This document shows positions 1 through 13,590 of a DNA stretch of 64,000 bases, piece by piece. The stretch's first letter is position 1; every line of letters begins with the position of its first letter. The stretch comes from Carcharhinus amblyrhynchos (taxonomy: Eukaryota), in NCBI GenBank assembly GCA_965287045.1, contig OZ336891.1:43090001-43154000 (forward strand), written 5' to 3'. The notes beneath the pieces were generated by a model. It was not told the origin of the DNA, ran no database searches, and was given only the letters and a program-made list of their open reading frames with translations. Both the position numbers and the translations under genes were made by a program.

Positions 1-17
1 TTTAAAGTAAAAGGTAA

Positions 18-262
18 AGTTTATTTATTAGTGTCACAAGTAAGGCTTACATTAACACTGCAATGAAGTTACTGTGAAATTCCCCAAGTCGCCACACTCC
101 AGCACCTGTTTAGGTCACTGCAACTAACCGGCATGTCTTTCAGACTGAGGGGAGAAACTGGAGCACCACATGAAACCCATGCTGACAAGGGGAGAACGTG
201 CAAACTCCACACAGCTGGGAATCAAACCTGGGTCCCTGGCACTGTGAGATGCTAACCACTTC
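18..262 (-). mobile_element. V-SINE/HE1-like tRNA-derived SINE (tail ending ...actaataaataaacttt)
   Basis: Reverse complement of the tRNA-like head and the gtgtggagtttgcac central domain; the same tail occurs at 4466, 8760 and 23940. Confidence 0.8.
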
Positions 263-1717
263 ACCAAAGATAGGGGACTGGACTGTCCCTTCTGAGGCAA
301 GGATTATAAATTGCAAGATTTCCCAATGTCAATCCCACATTTCTAGTGGCAGTTTTGGAGGTATTTTTGTGGTGAATTTGAGTTGGGCCACTGCTTCCTG
401 CAACAAGCCCAAGGCAGAAGCAGGCAGATTATGAAGTCTGCTTCTGTTTAATGGGACTTTGGCCTAGCTTTGTAAATGAGCGTTCGGCATGCTGCCCCAT
501 ACCCGTGCTGCAAAAAACTTTAATTCTCCTAGGAGCTCATAAAACTATCAAGCAACTATTCAAACTCCATTTGAAAATATCTTCAAATATCCTTTTAAAT
601 GTCAAAATAAAGCCACTCAAAGATATCTTCAAAAGAACATACTAATAATAACTGCTCATAAAACTGTCAAATAAAAACAAAGCTCACAGTCCCCTTCATA
701 GCTGTGTCAACAACCCCAGCTAATCTGAATCAATTAGTGGAATTCTATTGTACAATTGAATAAACAAAGCCTGCAGAGCTGAATATATTAATGTCTTTGA
801 AGTGGCCTTAATTAGTGGCTGACTGCCACATTGGTTCATAGCCCAGTCATCTGCTGAGCCTTTGAAACAATGTAAAGATTCGAGCAAAGGGACCAAATTA
901 CACATTGTGACCTGAATCTCAATACAACTGGATGCTGAAGAGTAATTTAATCAGTAAATAAAGTACCCTAATGTATGTGAACACTCAGAATGCTAGTCAA
1001 TTTAATGTCAACTTTTCCTTTAAGAACCAAGTACTGTCATCAGCTATTCATGTGATCCCCAATCGAAACTGATAACATTTTTTTAAGTGATGAATTTCCC
1101 AGAGACCAATGGGAAGAATTACAGGACAAAATTTTATATATTAAGACTTGTAACCAATAAACTAAATACAATATTCGTAAAACATCACTTATCCCCACTT
1201 CCACAGTGAGAGTATCTACAGCACATGAACTGCAGAAATTCAAGAAACTGTTTCATCACCATTTTCTCACAGGATAGTAGGAATTTCACCTTGCCAGTGA
1301 TACCCACACTGGATTTTTAAAGTTTGAATGGCTATTTGATAGTTTTACGAGCTAAGAGAATTAGCAATGACCAAGAAATTATTTTCATTTCATTATTTAA
1401 TTCATTACCTCAGTCCCCATCCTAACCCAGGTCTCCAGCTCCATTGTGGAAATGGGCATTTCCAACCTTCTGCAATTATTAAGGAATCATGCTGTCTTAG
1501 AAACGCTATTCGCTTCACACACATGCAGAGATGTTGTGAACTCTGGTTTGGAGTCAGCAACTGTATGGCAGGTAAGTTTTAAAAGTATCGCGAACTTGAA
1601 ACGTCAGTCATACTGTATGATATGTCACACGGGTTTTTACTGCAGCAATTGCTGATAGTTGTTCTTAAAAGGTAATTGGCCATTAAATTGAACAGCATTG
1701 TAAAAGTGGAAAAGCTG

Positions 1718-2026
1718 AGCAGCACGGTGGCATAGTGGTTAGCACTGCTGCCTCACAGCGCCAGGGAGCTGGGTTTGATTGCCAGCTTGGGTCACAGTCT
1801 GTGTGGAGTTTGCACATTCTCACCGTATCTGCATAGGTTTCCTCCAGGTCCTCCCACAGTCCAAAGATGTGCTGGTTAGCTGGATTGGCTATGCTAAGTT
1901 GCCCCTTGATGTAGAGGAACTAGTTAAGGTAAATGTATGGGGTTATGTGGATAAGGCCTGAGTGGGATTGTGGTTGGTGCAGATTCAATGGGCCAAATGG
2001 TCTCCTTCTGCACTTAGGATTCTATG
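1718..2026 (+). mobile_element. HE1-like V-SINE, near full length
   Basis: gcagcacggtggcatagtggttagcactgctgcctcacagcgccaggga head (A/B boxes), V domain, CR1-type tail ...ggattctatg. Confidence 0.88.
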
Positions 2027-2184
2027 TATTAGAATACATCATTCATTGGATAAAGTGCTATTCTTCATTACACACTAGTGATATTCACATTCAAATGTGT
2101 GAGATATCCACTTTCTTTGTTTCTTTTGACGTCGCCTTAGCCATCTGTTTAGCTTTTTCAAAGCTAACATGCGGATGTGGTTCC

Positions 2185-3555
2185 CAATTTCAAGAAAGGG
2201 AACAGGGATAGCCCAGGAAATTACTGACTGGTGAGTCTGACGTTAGTGGTTGGTAAGTTGGTGGAAAGGATACTGAGGGACAGGGTTTATGAACATTTAG
2301 AGAAGTTTAGTATGATCAAAAGTAGTCAGCATGGCTTTGTCAAGGGCAGGTCATGCCTTACGAGCCTAGTTGAGTTCTTTGAAAATGTAACTAAACACAT
2401 TGACAAAGGAAGAACGGTGGACATGGTTTACATGGACTTCAGCAAGGCGTTTGATAAAGTCCCCCACGCAAGACGTCTTGAAAAAGTAAGAGGGCATAGG
2501 ATCCAAGAGGCTGTTACCTTGTGGATCCAGAACTGGCTTGCCTGCAGAAGGCGGATTGTGGCTGTGGATGGGTCTTTTTCTGCATGGAGGTCGGTCACCA
2601 GTGGAGTGCCCCAGGGATCTGTTCTGGGACCCTTGCTGTTTGTCATTTTCATAAATGACCTGGATGAGGAAGTGGAGGGATGGGTTGGTAAGTTTGCTGA
2701 CGACACAAAGGTTGGTGGTGTTGTGGACAGTCTGGAGGGATGTCAGAAGTTGCAGCGAGACATAGACAGGATGCAAGACTGGGCAGAGAAGTGGCAGATG
2801 GACTTCAGTGCGGATAAACATGTAGTGGTCCATTTTGGCAGATCCAATGGGATGAAGGAGTATAATATCAAGGGTAGGACTCTTAGCAGTGTAGAGGATC
2901 AGAAGGACCTTGGGGTCCAAGTCCATAGGATTCTTAAATCAGCCTCGCAGGTGGAGGATGTGGTCAGAAAGGCGTATGGTGTACTGGCCTTTATTAATTG
3001 AGGGATTAAGTTTAGGAGTCCGGAGATAATGCTGCAACTTTATAAGACCCTTGTCAGACCCCACTTGAAGTCCTGTGTGCAGGGCTGGTTGCCTCACTAC
3101 AAGAAGCATGTGGAAGCTATTGAAAGGGTGCAGAGGAGATTTGCAAGGATGTTGCCTGGATTGGGTGGCATGCCTTATGAGGATAGGTTGAGGAAGCTGG
3201 GTCTTTTCTCCCTGGAGAGACGAAGGATGAGAGGTAATAGATAGGGTGGGTTCTCAGAGGCTATTTCCCAGGGCTGAAATGGTCATTATGAGAGGACACA
3301 GGTTTAAGGTGCTGGGGAGTAGGTACAGAGGAGATATCAGGGTATGTTTTTCACTGAGGGTGGTGAGTGAGTGGAATCGGCTGCCGTCGGTGATGGTGGA
3401 GGCGAACTCGTTGGGGTCTTTTAAGAGACTTCTGGATGAGTACATGGGATTTAATGGGATTGAGGGTTATAGATAGCCCTGGTAGGTAGGGATATGACCA
3501 GCGCAACTTGTGGGCCGAAGGGCCTGTTTATGCTGTAGTGTTCTATGTTCTATGG
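2185..3555 (+). mobile_element. 5'-truncated CR1 LINE (RT domain with stops and frameshifts)
   Basis: ORF fragments containing DFSKAFDKV, GVPQGSVLGP and KFADDTK; (ttctatg)n tail. Confidence 0.93.
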
Positions 3556-4369
3556 CTGATTTCAAATGTTATAATACATTCAACTTGACATTTTGTTGAC
3601 TCAGTTGATCAATGGAATCTCATGATGAATGCTTGAATGAGTTCCAAACCCACCAATGGATTATGCTGAGCAGTGGTTGTTGACATAGCTGTCAGAAGGA
3701 ATTTGAGATTGGTTATAGTGACATGTTTATGAGCTGCTGAAAGGATTTTGGTTTTTAATGTAAATTTAGAAGTCTTATTTGTTTATTTTGACAGATACTT
3801 CCCAATGTTACCATTGGGCTCATGTATTCTGTATATAGTAGGTACTTTGGTGAGTGAATATGGGGAAGTGAGAAGGGTAGAGGGTGAGTGTTAAAGGGCC
3901 TCATCCCTCTCCAGAACTGGCGAAATGACCCAACATATGGGAATAAGCCTTTTAGCCTCCATCTCTGTCTGAGCATGCTTCCAGAGGTCCTGACTCCAGC
4001 CCATCCCCACCTTACTATAGTGAAGATAATATGGGCACATCCTTTCAGTCACAAGGTGGAATTGTGACTTCAGGTAATCCACTGCACACACCCTTATCCC
4101 CATCCCATCCTCAACTCTGATTCCCCTCTCCAAGTTGCAGATCTGATTTGGACGTCACTTCACCAACCAGCGTATAAGGTTCATTTTGAATAAAGTACAA
4201 CCAGGGGTTCCAAGCTACTGTTATACAAACTGTACAATCTCTCACCTCTAGAATCAGTACCAACTGCATAGAGGGAGGACAAATTGTTTGGCTATTTCTG
4301 TACCTATTTAAAACAAACATCATTTCTACAGTGATGCAGCAGCTTTCTCAGATGTTTAGCTAAAATAGG

Positions 4370-5015
4370 AAAGAATGGCCCTTCTATAGCACTTGCACAG
4401 CGTTAGGACATCCCATAGTCCAACAATGAAGTATGTTTGAAGAATAACTGCTGTTATAATGTTTAAAGTTTATTTATTAGTGTCACAAATAGGCTTATAT
4501 TACCACTGCAATGAAGTTACTGTGAAAATCCTCTAGTCACCATACTCTGGTGGCTATTCAGGTGCACTGAGGAAGAATTTAGCATAGCCAATGCACCCAT
4601 CCAGCACATCTCAGACTCTGGGAGGAAACCAGAGCACCCGGAGGAAACCAATACAGACACAGGGAGAATATATAGACTTTGCACAGATAGTGTTCAAGTC
4701 AGGAATTGAACCCAGGTCCCTGGTGCTTTGAGGCAGCAGTGCTGACCACTGTGCCGCCCTGTACGCAATAGCTATTTTGCACATAGCAAGATTCCACAAC
4801 TAACAATATAATAGTGATATAATCCATTTTAAGTGTTGATTGGTGAGGGGGTTGGGACAGGTAGCCCACGAAAATAGACAAAACTTCCCTGCTGTTTGAA
4901 TCGCTCAGTGATCATCTGAGAGTTAGCACCTTATCCAAAGGTGAGTGCCTCTGACAGTGCAACATTCCCTCAGAACTGCAGTGAAGTTTCAGCATCTATA
5001 ACCTGCTCAGTGTGG
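4370..5015 (-). mobile_element. Old DeuSINE-like (SacSINE1/AmnSINE-related) SINE interrupted by a V-SINE at 4466-4760
   Basis: Degenerate ctgacagtgcaacattccctcagaactgca segment and an L2-type tail on either side of the nested SINE; family assignment from recall. Confidence 0.55.
4466..4760 (-). mobile_element. V-SINE/HE1-like SINE
   Basis: Reverse head gctgaccactgtgccgccc, V domain, aaagtttatttattagtgtcaca tail. Confidence 0.85.
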
Positions 5016-5087
5016 GATGTCTGGAATTATTTTTAGCTCTGTATTAAATGTGCAGATCCATTGTTCTGTTCAAAAGGATTCAAAGTG

Positions 5088-5370
5088 TGGCATGGTAACA
5101 CAATGGTTAGCACTGCTGCCTCATATAACGCTAGGGATTCGGGTTCATTTCCAACCTTGGATGACTGTGGAGTTTGCACATTTTCCCCAGGTCTCTGTGG
5201 GTTTTCTCCCACAGTCCAAAGTGTAGGTTAGGTGGATTGGCTGTGGTAAAATGGGTGGGGTTACAAGGATAGGGGTGTAATGCTGGGGGGATTGGTCTGG
5301 GTAGAATTGTTGTCAGTGCAGACCCAATGGGCCAAATGGCCTTCTGCATTGTAGGGATCCAATGGTTCTA
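5088..5370 (+). mobile_element. HE1-like V-SINE
   Basis: tggttagcactgctgcctca head, gtggagtttgcaca domain, CR1-type tail. Confidence 0.85.
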
Positions 5371-6627
5371 AAAAAAACACTTTCAGTCTGAAGTGAAATG
5401 AAATGGCCCCTCTTCAATAGCAATGTGACAACATCAAAAACATAGTAAATTTACTCTCAAAACAATCCCATTGAAAATAGCTCCTGATTTCACCCATTAC
5501 TGAAATAGCTAATTGTGTTGGGGAACAAGACACTGATGGAACGTCTGCACTGAAATTCCTTGGTTGCTGAAGATTTACGTTCTTTTGTCATTTCATTCAG
5601 TTTCTTTCATTCCTTCTGTTTGTGGAGAGTGACCTTCACACATTATTCAGTTTGTGGTCAGGTGCCCTGATCTTATGAAGTCAGTTCCCTCAATCTCCCT
5701 CACATCTATTGACCCACATTTAAAATGTCTTCCAATCCAGAATGTGGGTGGTTTATGCTTTGGAGTGTAACAAAATTGCAGTGTTTTTCTCTGTATAGTT
5801 TTGGCTTGGTGCTGATGTCATAAACCATGTGGATGGTTATCAGTTCATGACAGTGCATAGTTGTGTTTTGGAAAGGTGGGGAGTTATGTGAAACCCCAGT
5901 GAGAATAACCAGCCCAGTCGCTGTGTAACAATGACTAAAAACTATTTATTAAACTAAAAGAATAGATAAATATACACAATTAGGGCGATAACACTCTAAG
6001 ACAATCAAATATATGAACTATTAAACACACACTGTTTATATAGGAATTAGCCCTTGTTCCAATGTACACATGTGATTTCTGAACTTAAACTTTCCCTGTT
6101 CCCAATCAACATCCAAATTAAATAAATCTACGTGTTAAGTCTAGATTATAGTTACCGCACAATACAAGGTGGATAGTCAAGCCTGGGAACATATTTTCCT
6201 AGTCCAGAGAAGATAGTTCAACTGCCTTTATGTAATTTTCTGTATTATCTTGGCTCTAAGACTGTCTCAGCTGTGATATGTTAAACTAGCCTGCCTCCTT
6301 CTGCATGTACTGGCAATTATACCCTTGTATCTCTGTGATTTCCCCCTTTGTGTATTCAGGCTCTATGCATTGCTCACATCGTGTGACTCTCAAAATTAGC
6401 ATCTGTATACCTCCACTGATCTTTTAGTCATCTAGGTAAACTGTTTCCTAATGATAACTACTTACATCTGATTCTGTTTGTTAATCTCATTACTCGAAAA
6501 GGTCGCATCTTATCGTCCCCTTTGAATGTTGGTTACTTCTGTTGCTAGGCAGATTCATGACATCTGTCCCTTTAAAATTGAGCCATATTACCCAAGAATC
6601 ACACAGGAAAATAGAAGGTTTTTAAAA

Positions 6628-6960
6628 AAATTCATTCATGGGACATGGGTGCCATTGGCTGACCAGCATTTATTGCCCATCCTTAGTTGCCTGAGGGCAG
6701 TTGAGACTCAACCACATTGCTGTGGCCCTGGAATCTGTGGCTAGACCAGATAAGGACAGCAGATTTCCTTCCCTAAAGTGCATTAGCAAACTAGATGGGT
6801 TTTTACAATTGACAATGGTTTCACGGTCATCAGTAGATTCTTAATTTTCATTGAATTCAAATTTCACCATCTGCCATGGTGGGATTCGAACCCAGAACAT
6901 TAGCTGAGTTTCTAGATTAATAGTCTTGCGATAATATCACTAGCCCATTGCCTCCCTGAG
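6628..6960 (-). mobile_element. Second tRNA-derived SINE family (SlmI/MetaSINE-like)
   Basis: Similar to the copies at 37000 and 61680; its tail agggcaattagggatgggcaataaatgctgg is shared with the LINE fragment at 11640-12050. Confidence 0.7.
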
Positions 6961-7782
6961 GCAAACCGATCAGATCCCACAAACAGGAGAGATTTTGATA
7001 AGAAAAGGGATGATAAAAGAACACAAAAGATGTATTTTAAAAGGATAGTTTTTTTAAAATCAGAGAACCCAAGGTTACTGAGATCAGCCAGGCTAGTAGA
7101 ATTGAGGATCAACATATCAGATCAGTCATGATCTCATTGAGTGACAGAACAATGGGCCGAATGGCCTACTTTTACTCCTACATCTTATGGTCTTATAGTT
7201 AAATTGCAACTCTTACAGATTTTCCCGTGGGTTACATGATGGGCTTTTGTATTGAATGTATAATATAACTCTGTTACATTATTCATTGTATCATAAATTC
7301 ACATTAAATGGGCAGCAATGTGATGGTCTTCATCGTTCTAAGACTACAGTAATCCATTGAGGCCTTGAATAACTCACAGCAGCTTAAAATTATGAATAGA
7401 CTGTATTCTGTTTTGTTGTCCTGTCTGTTACAGAAAGCTACGTTAGACCACAAGGCTAGGGTAGAAACTTACCAAGATATGGGAGTTGTGAAAACACCAG
7501 AGCCCAAACAATCTAGAGTAAGATGTGTGGAAATAACTCAAGAATCATAACACAGCCTTGCTGCAGACAAATCTATTGTGTAATTGCTTAGTATAAACAA
7601 ATAAAGAGATCAGCTATAGGTTAAACCAGCTACACATTTGAGACGACTGGAGCATCAGGACGAGAACTTTATCCCATACACAGCCATATAATCTTCTGAG
7701 AGAGCAAAAAAAAGACAAAAACCCAGTCCTGATAATTCCGTGGCTGAAGGAGGAAATCATGCTATGACATCGCAGATTAAAT

Positions 7783-8675
7783 TCATAGAATCCCTGCAGT
7801 GCAGAAGGAGGCATTCAGCCCATCGAGTCTGCACCAGTTCTCTGACAAAGTATCTTACCCAGGCTCTCTTCCTTGCCCTATCCCCATAACCCCACACATT
7901 TCCCATGACTAATCCACAAAGGGGCAATTTATAGAATCATACACTACAGAAGAGACCCTTCAGCCCATTGAGTCTGCACCAACAAGAAACACCTGAACTC
8001 TCACCTAATCCCATCTACCAGCACTTGGCCCATAGCCTTGAATTTTATGACATGGCATGTGTTCATCCAGGTACTTTTTAAAGGATGTGACACATCCCAC
8101 CTCCATCACCCTCCCAGGCAGCGTGCTCCAGATTGTCACCATCCCAAATCTCCTGCTCCTCAACTTGAACCCATGTCCCCTCGTGACTGACCCTTCAATT
8201 AAAGGAAACAGCTGCTCCCAACCATTCTGTCCACACCTCTCATAATCTTGTACACCTTGATCAGGTCACTCCTCAATCTTCTCTGCTCCAATAAGAACAA
8301 CCCAAGCCTATCCAATCTTTCTTCATAACTTAAATGTTCCAACCCAGGCAGCATCCTGGTGAATCTCCTCTGGACCCCCTTCAGTACAACCACATCATTT
8401 TTATAATGTGGCAACCAGAACTGCACACACATATATGGCCTCACCAACGTTTGATACAATTCCAACATAACTTCCCTACTTTTGTAATTTATACCTCAAT
8501 TGATAAAGGCAAGTGTCCTATATGCCTTTTTCACCACCCTACTAACATGCCATTCCGCATTCAAAAGTCTCTTTGTTCCACAGTACTTCCTAGTGTACTA
8601 CTATTCATTGAATACTTCCCTGTCAAATTACCCCTTTCAGTACTCTTCCTCACACTTTTCAGGGTTAAACTCCAA
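7783..8675 (-). mobile_element. SINE tail plus decayed CR1 3' fragment
   Basis: ORF 8199-8468 (LYQTLVRP..VQFW..VQRRFTRMLPGL) is the C-terminus of CR1 ORF2. Confidence 0.85.
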
Positions 8676-8759
8676 TAAATTCACAATTTAATATCATGAA
8701 CCTCTTCAATCTGAAACTCTCCTAACAACGATTTTGGTTGACAGTGCTTTGAATGTTTT

Positions 8760-8990
8760 AAAGTTTTTAGTTTATTAGTGTCACAAGTAGACTTACAACA
8801 AATATACTGTGAAAATCTTCTAGTTGCCATGGCACCTGTTTGGGTACACTGAGGGAGAATTTAGCATAGCCAGTGCACCCAACCAGCACATCTTTCGGAT
8901 TGTGGGAGGAAGTCAGAGCACCCGATGGGGAGAACATGCAGGCTCTGCACAGACAGTGACCCAAGCCAGGAATCAAACCCAGGTCCCTGG
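8760..8990 (-). mobile_element. V-SINE/HE1-like SINE fragment
   Basis: Homologous to the copies at 18-262 and 4466-4760. Confidence 0.78.
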
Positions 8991-9766
8991 TTATAGAAAC
9001 TGAGGAACAATTGTGGCTGAGGTTCAGCTGATGCTGTTCAGGCTGTTGCATTCCTGCCTACATTCACTGGGCAATCTTGCTGAAAAAAGTCAGGTCTGTA
9101 AAATTGAGAAGATTTGGAATTTAAGCAACATCTTCAATAAGAAAGATGAGATGAAAGCCCAGGAGAAACAAGGCCGAGAAGGACAAATAGAAGGAAATGA
9201 TTGCATGGTGAGCAGAACATGCTGTCAGGCTGCTGGGATTATGGAATCACATTAATGAGGACATCAATCAAGTAAAACTATGCAGGTCGCAAAGTCAGAG
9301 AAATTCTCCAGCTTCCCTTAATGTATCTTTAACAGACTCTGCAAAACATTACAGAACCTTCCTTCACATTTAAATAGAAATGTATAGTATTGGTCATAAT
9401 CTGTAGAATAAACAGACTTAAATGAATTGAACGGCCACTTCTCATCCCGTTCTACACTTTACAGTATCATTTCACTTCTGGGACTCAGTTGTGAATGAGT
9501 AAAGCTAACATTCCTTGCAAGACTGGGTGAATCCGGCTTTGGGAAAACATGTGGTGAAAACATGTCAACAGTTTAGCAGAAAATATTTACTAATTTATAA
9601 AGCAAGGTGGCTCTTGGAATTTTTAGCTGATGAGTTGAGGTTCTCAGAGGTAGCAAGCTCCAAACTGCAATGCCTGTCCCCTGCCTTGGCCCCAGGCTCT
9701 CTGTTGTTATTTACCAATCTCACATAAAGCTGAAGCCTCTGGGCGCTCCCACTGTACACTCACCTC

Positions 9767-10297
9767 CTAAGAACATAAGGACACAAGAAATAGGAGCAGG
9801 AGTAGGCCATCTAGCCCTTCGAGCCTGCCCCGCCATTCAATAAGATCATGGCTGATCTGAAGTGGCTCAGTTCCACTTCCCGCTTTCTCCCCATAACCCT
9901 TAATCCCCTTGCCCACCAAAAACCTACCTACCCGCGTCTTAAATATATTTAGCGAGGAAGCCTCAACCACTTCAATGGGCAGAGAATTCCAGAGATTCAC
10001 CACCCTTTGAGTGAAGAAGTTCCTCCTCAACTCCATTCTAAACTGCCCCCCACCCGCCTTATCTTGAGGCTGTGCCCTCTAGTCCTGCTGTCCTTTCTGA
10101 GCGGGAAGAACCTCTCCACCTCTACCCTATCCATCCCTTTCATCATCTTATACATCTCAATGAGATCTCCCCTCATCCTTCTAAACTCTAACAAGTACAA
10201 GCCCAGTTTATTCAGCCTCTCCTCATAGCTCAACCCCCTCAATTCCGGTATCAGCCTAGTGAACCTCTTCTGCACTCCCTCCAAGGCCAAAATATCC
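9767..10297 (-). mobile_element. Young CR1 3' fragment (same family as 28119-29785)
   Basis: Closely similar to the 3' end of the 28 kb copy; (cttatgtt)n-type tail. Confidence 0.92.
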
Positions 10298-11639
10298 TGT
10301 ACTCAAATAAACAATAATCAATAAATTAAACAAAAATATAACAAGGGGTGACAACAAAAAAACAAATCTCAAAGGAAATTTAACTAACAGAACCAAGATA
10401 TCATTACTAGTATGATGATGATGATGCACCCTAGCCCCTACAGTGCCCACTGGTTATGGAAGGCTGAAACATGTAAGTGGACACTGCATTCTCCCTCGCC
10501 AAGAATACCCAGCCGCAAATGTGGTAAAGGGGCAGACAGGTTGGCCAACCCTTTAAATCACCTGCTGCGTAGACATGGTAATGGTCACCCCGCCCAGGCC
10601 CATGAGGAGAACTCCCCTCTTGTGTGTAGGGGTCCCAGTCGCCTCTGGGAACATTGATTACCCAATTGGGCTGCATCTTTTTGGCTGATCCAATCAGTTT
10701 CACTTCACTGCCGCTGCAGGCAGCCATCAGCCCTGCAATGCTGCCCCCCGAGAAAGTGCATGGAGGAGGAGAGGCACACTGGGGAGCTGGCCTGACCCAT
10801 TTATCTACCACATTTCCAGCCTTCCCATCTCCAAAGTGCTGGAAAAATTCTGGCTATTGAACAAGAAAAGGAAAAAGTGGAAAGACATCCCACAAGCTTA
10901 AATTCAAAAATTCAACCTATGTTCCTTTATTACAACAAATAAAGTAGCAATCTTCTATTAGATTATAGCTAACCAAATCTTTTGAGTTAATGGTATGCGA
11001 TTACACCAATCTCACAGCTGGGTTTAATCCTGCACACAAGGGGAAAACAAAATTACAAGTTTATGATTAGAAATTTAATCATTCACAGTAGCTGCTGCGT
11101 TCAAGATATCTTCTTGCTAATGTGAACACTCAGGCTTTTAGTTTGATTGCTCCAGTGAGCTATTCACTGGCCTATTAAAAAAACCTTGCCTGTAATGCAG
11201 TTAGTACAGCCAATGTTACAAGGTCAGCTTGTGTTTGTAAACTCCTGCGCTGTTTCCAGTCTAGCCGCTGTGCTAATTAGATTCAGGGGAACACAAAGCA
11301 TGAAATACTTCAAGATTAATATATTGTAAACATCTTGTTAACTTCAGTCATACACCAGTATAGTTAATGGCTGCTAACTGGCAGGGAGAAAATATCACCT
11401 TGAATTGAATTTTTACCATGTCGATGGATGGGAAAGTGCTCAAAGGACATTGTATTCCATCAAACAAGCTGCAGTTTCTAAAAGGAAAATGCTATTCTGT
11501 CCATGCACATCTCCTGACCTCCAGGGTACGACAAATTTCTCCCTCTCTACTCTTTCTCTGTCTCTGTATTCACTTAAAATCTGCCACAATGCTGAACTTT
11601 TCCAGTTCTAACAGACGTCATCGACTAGACATCTCCACA

Positions 11640-12050
11640 TAACAAAGCAGCCTCTTGATTGGCACCCATCCACCACGTTAAACATTCACTCCCTCCACCA
11701 CCGACACAGCAGTCTGTACTGTCTAAAAGGTGCGCTGCAGCAACTCGCCAAGGCTCCTTTAACAGCACTTTCCAAACCCTCAACCCCTACTGTTTAGAAG
11801 GGCAAGGGTAGCAGATACCTGGGAACATCACCATCTGCAAGCTCCCCTCCAAGTTATACACCATCCTGGCTTGGAAATATATTGCTGTCCCTTCACTGTC
11901 GCTAGGTCAAAAACCTGAAACTAACAGAGCTCTGGGCGTACCTACACTACATGGACTGAGCAGTTCAAGAAAGCAGCTCAGCACCACCTTCTCCAGGGCA
12001 ATTAGGGACAGATAATTGGCCTCGCCAGTGGTGCCAAGGAAGAATAAAAT
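11640..12050 (+). mobile_element. 3' end of an old CR1/L2-group LINE
   Basis: Decayed ORF2 C-terminus; the tail is shared with the SINE at 6628-6960. Confidence 0.7.
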
Positions 12051-12479
12051 GATGCTGCCAGAGTATTTGCAGCATTCTTTTGTTTTTAATGAAGTTACAA
12101 GTTGACTATGTTACTGTGCTACACAGCTAATTAGGAAGAAACGTGCACAGAAAATTTTCCACCACAACCAATTTCTCTTGAACAGTTGTAGGTTCCTCAC
12201 AGAAATGTATCAGTTGACCACTCTCCCTAAAGATTACAGATCAGAAAGGCCATTTGACCTCCCTGAAAATCCTACATGTTTCCCCATTAAAGCATCTGGC
12301 CCTCGAGTCACTCTAGAAATATTACATCAACTACTCCCATTAAAGACATAGTGTGTGATCTTACCGCAAGCTCATGCCATGCTGCAGCGAAGACCGAATT
12401 CACTGCAGCGGGATGGGAAAATCCCATTGACATGAACGGTCAGAAAATTCCAGCCATAATATTCGCTATGCAAAATAAC

Positions 12480-13200
12480 TTGCTTTCTGACATCAATCTT
12501 CAAAAGCTTACTGGACCTCATCTTCACCAGTCTACCCACTGCAGATTCATCTGCCCCTTGTCAGTGTTGGTAGGCGTGACTGTCCCATAGTCCTTGTGAG
12601 ACGAAGTTCCATCTTTGTGCTGAGGATACCCTCCATGGTGTCGTGTGACACTACCTCCATGATAAATGGGATTGATTCTGAACAGATCTAGCAGCTCAAA
12701 CCTGGGATCCACGAGGTGCTATGGGCCATCAACAGCAGCAGAATTGTACTTGACCACAATCCGTAACCTCATGGCCCAACACATCCCCTCCCTCTACCAT
12801 TACCACCTAGCCAGGGAACCAACACTGGCACAATCAGGATGACAGGAGTGCATACCAGGAGCAGCACCTGGCATTTCTAAATATGTGGTGCCAAGCAGGT
12901 GAAACTACAACACAAGACATGCCAAACAGCATGCGACAGACAGCGATAATGTCCTGCTACATTCAGCAGTGAATGACGGTGGACAATTAAAAACTAACCA
13001 GAGGATGATGTCCAACTAATATCCCCATCCTCATTGTTAGAAATGCCCTGAACATCAGTACAAATGAAAACACTTAACACTTGCAACCACTTCAGCTAGA
13101 AGTGTCGAGCAGAAGATCCATCTCAGCCTCCTCTGGAGGTCCCCAGCATCACAAATGCCGGTCTTCATCCAATTCGATTTACTCCAAATGATATCAATAA
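12480..13200 (+). mobile_element. Decayed internal fragment of an old LINE ORF2 (between the endonuclease and RT domains)
   Basis: Recognisable degenerate coding remnants (e.g. DLAAQ..W, GPSxAAELY); no intact ORF. Confidence 0.55.
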
Positions 13201-13214
13201 ATATAGAAACATCG

Positions 13215-13590
13215 GTAACATAGAAACTAGAAATAGGGATAGGCCATTCGGCCCTTCGAGTCTGCTCCGCCATTCATTCTGATCATGGCTGGCCATCAAA
13301 TTCAATATCCTGATCCTGCCTTCCCCCCATATCCCTTAATCCCTTTAGCCCCATGAGCTATACCCAATTCCTTCTTGAAATCAGACAATATTTTGGCCTC
13401 AACTACTTTCTGTGGTAGAGAATTCCACACATTCACCACCCTCTGGACAAAAAAAATTCTACTCATCTTATCATCAAACTATGATCCCCCAGTTCTGGGC
13501 TCCTATACCAGCAGGAATATTCATTCTGAATCTAGCCAGTATAATTCTGTTAGAATTTTATAAGTTTCTATGAGGTCCTCTCTCACTCCC
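13215..13590 (-). mobile_element. CR1 3' fragment
   Basis: CR1 3'UTR ggccattcggcccttcgagtctgctccgccattc and ORF end. Confidence 0.8.

Noticed and set aside
1718-1790. tRNA-like sequences with A and B boxes (here and at other SINE heads)
   Set aside because: They are SINE 5' heads continuing into the V domain, not tRNA genes
9758-9770. Strong minus-strand donor GAG|GTGAGT considered as the end of OLFML3 exon 1
   Set aside because: It abuts a CR1 tail, and the sequence on the far side of the insertion is AT-rich and non-coding
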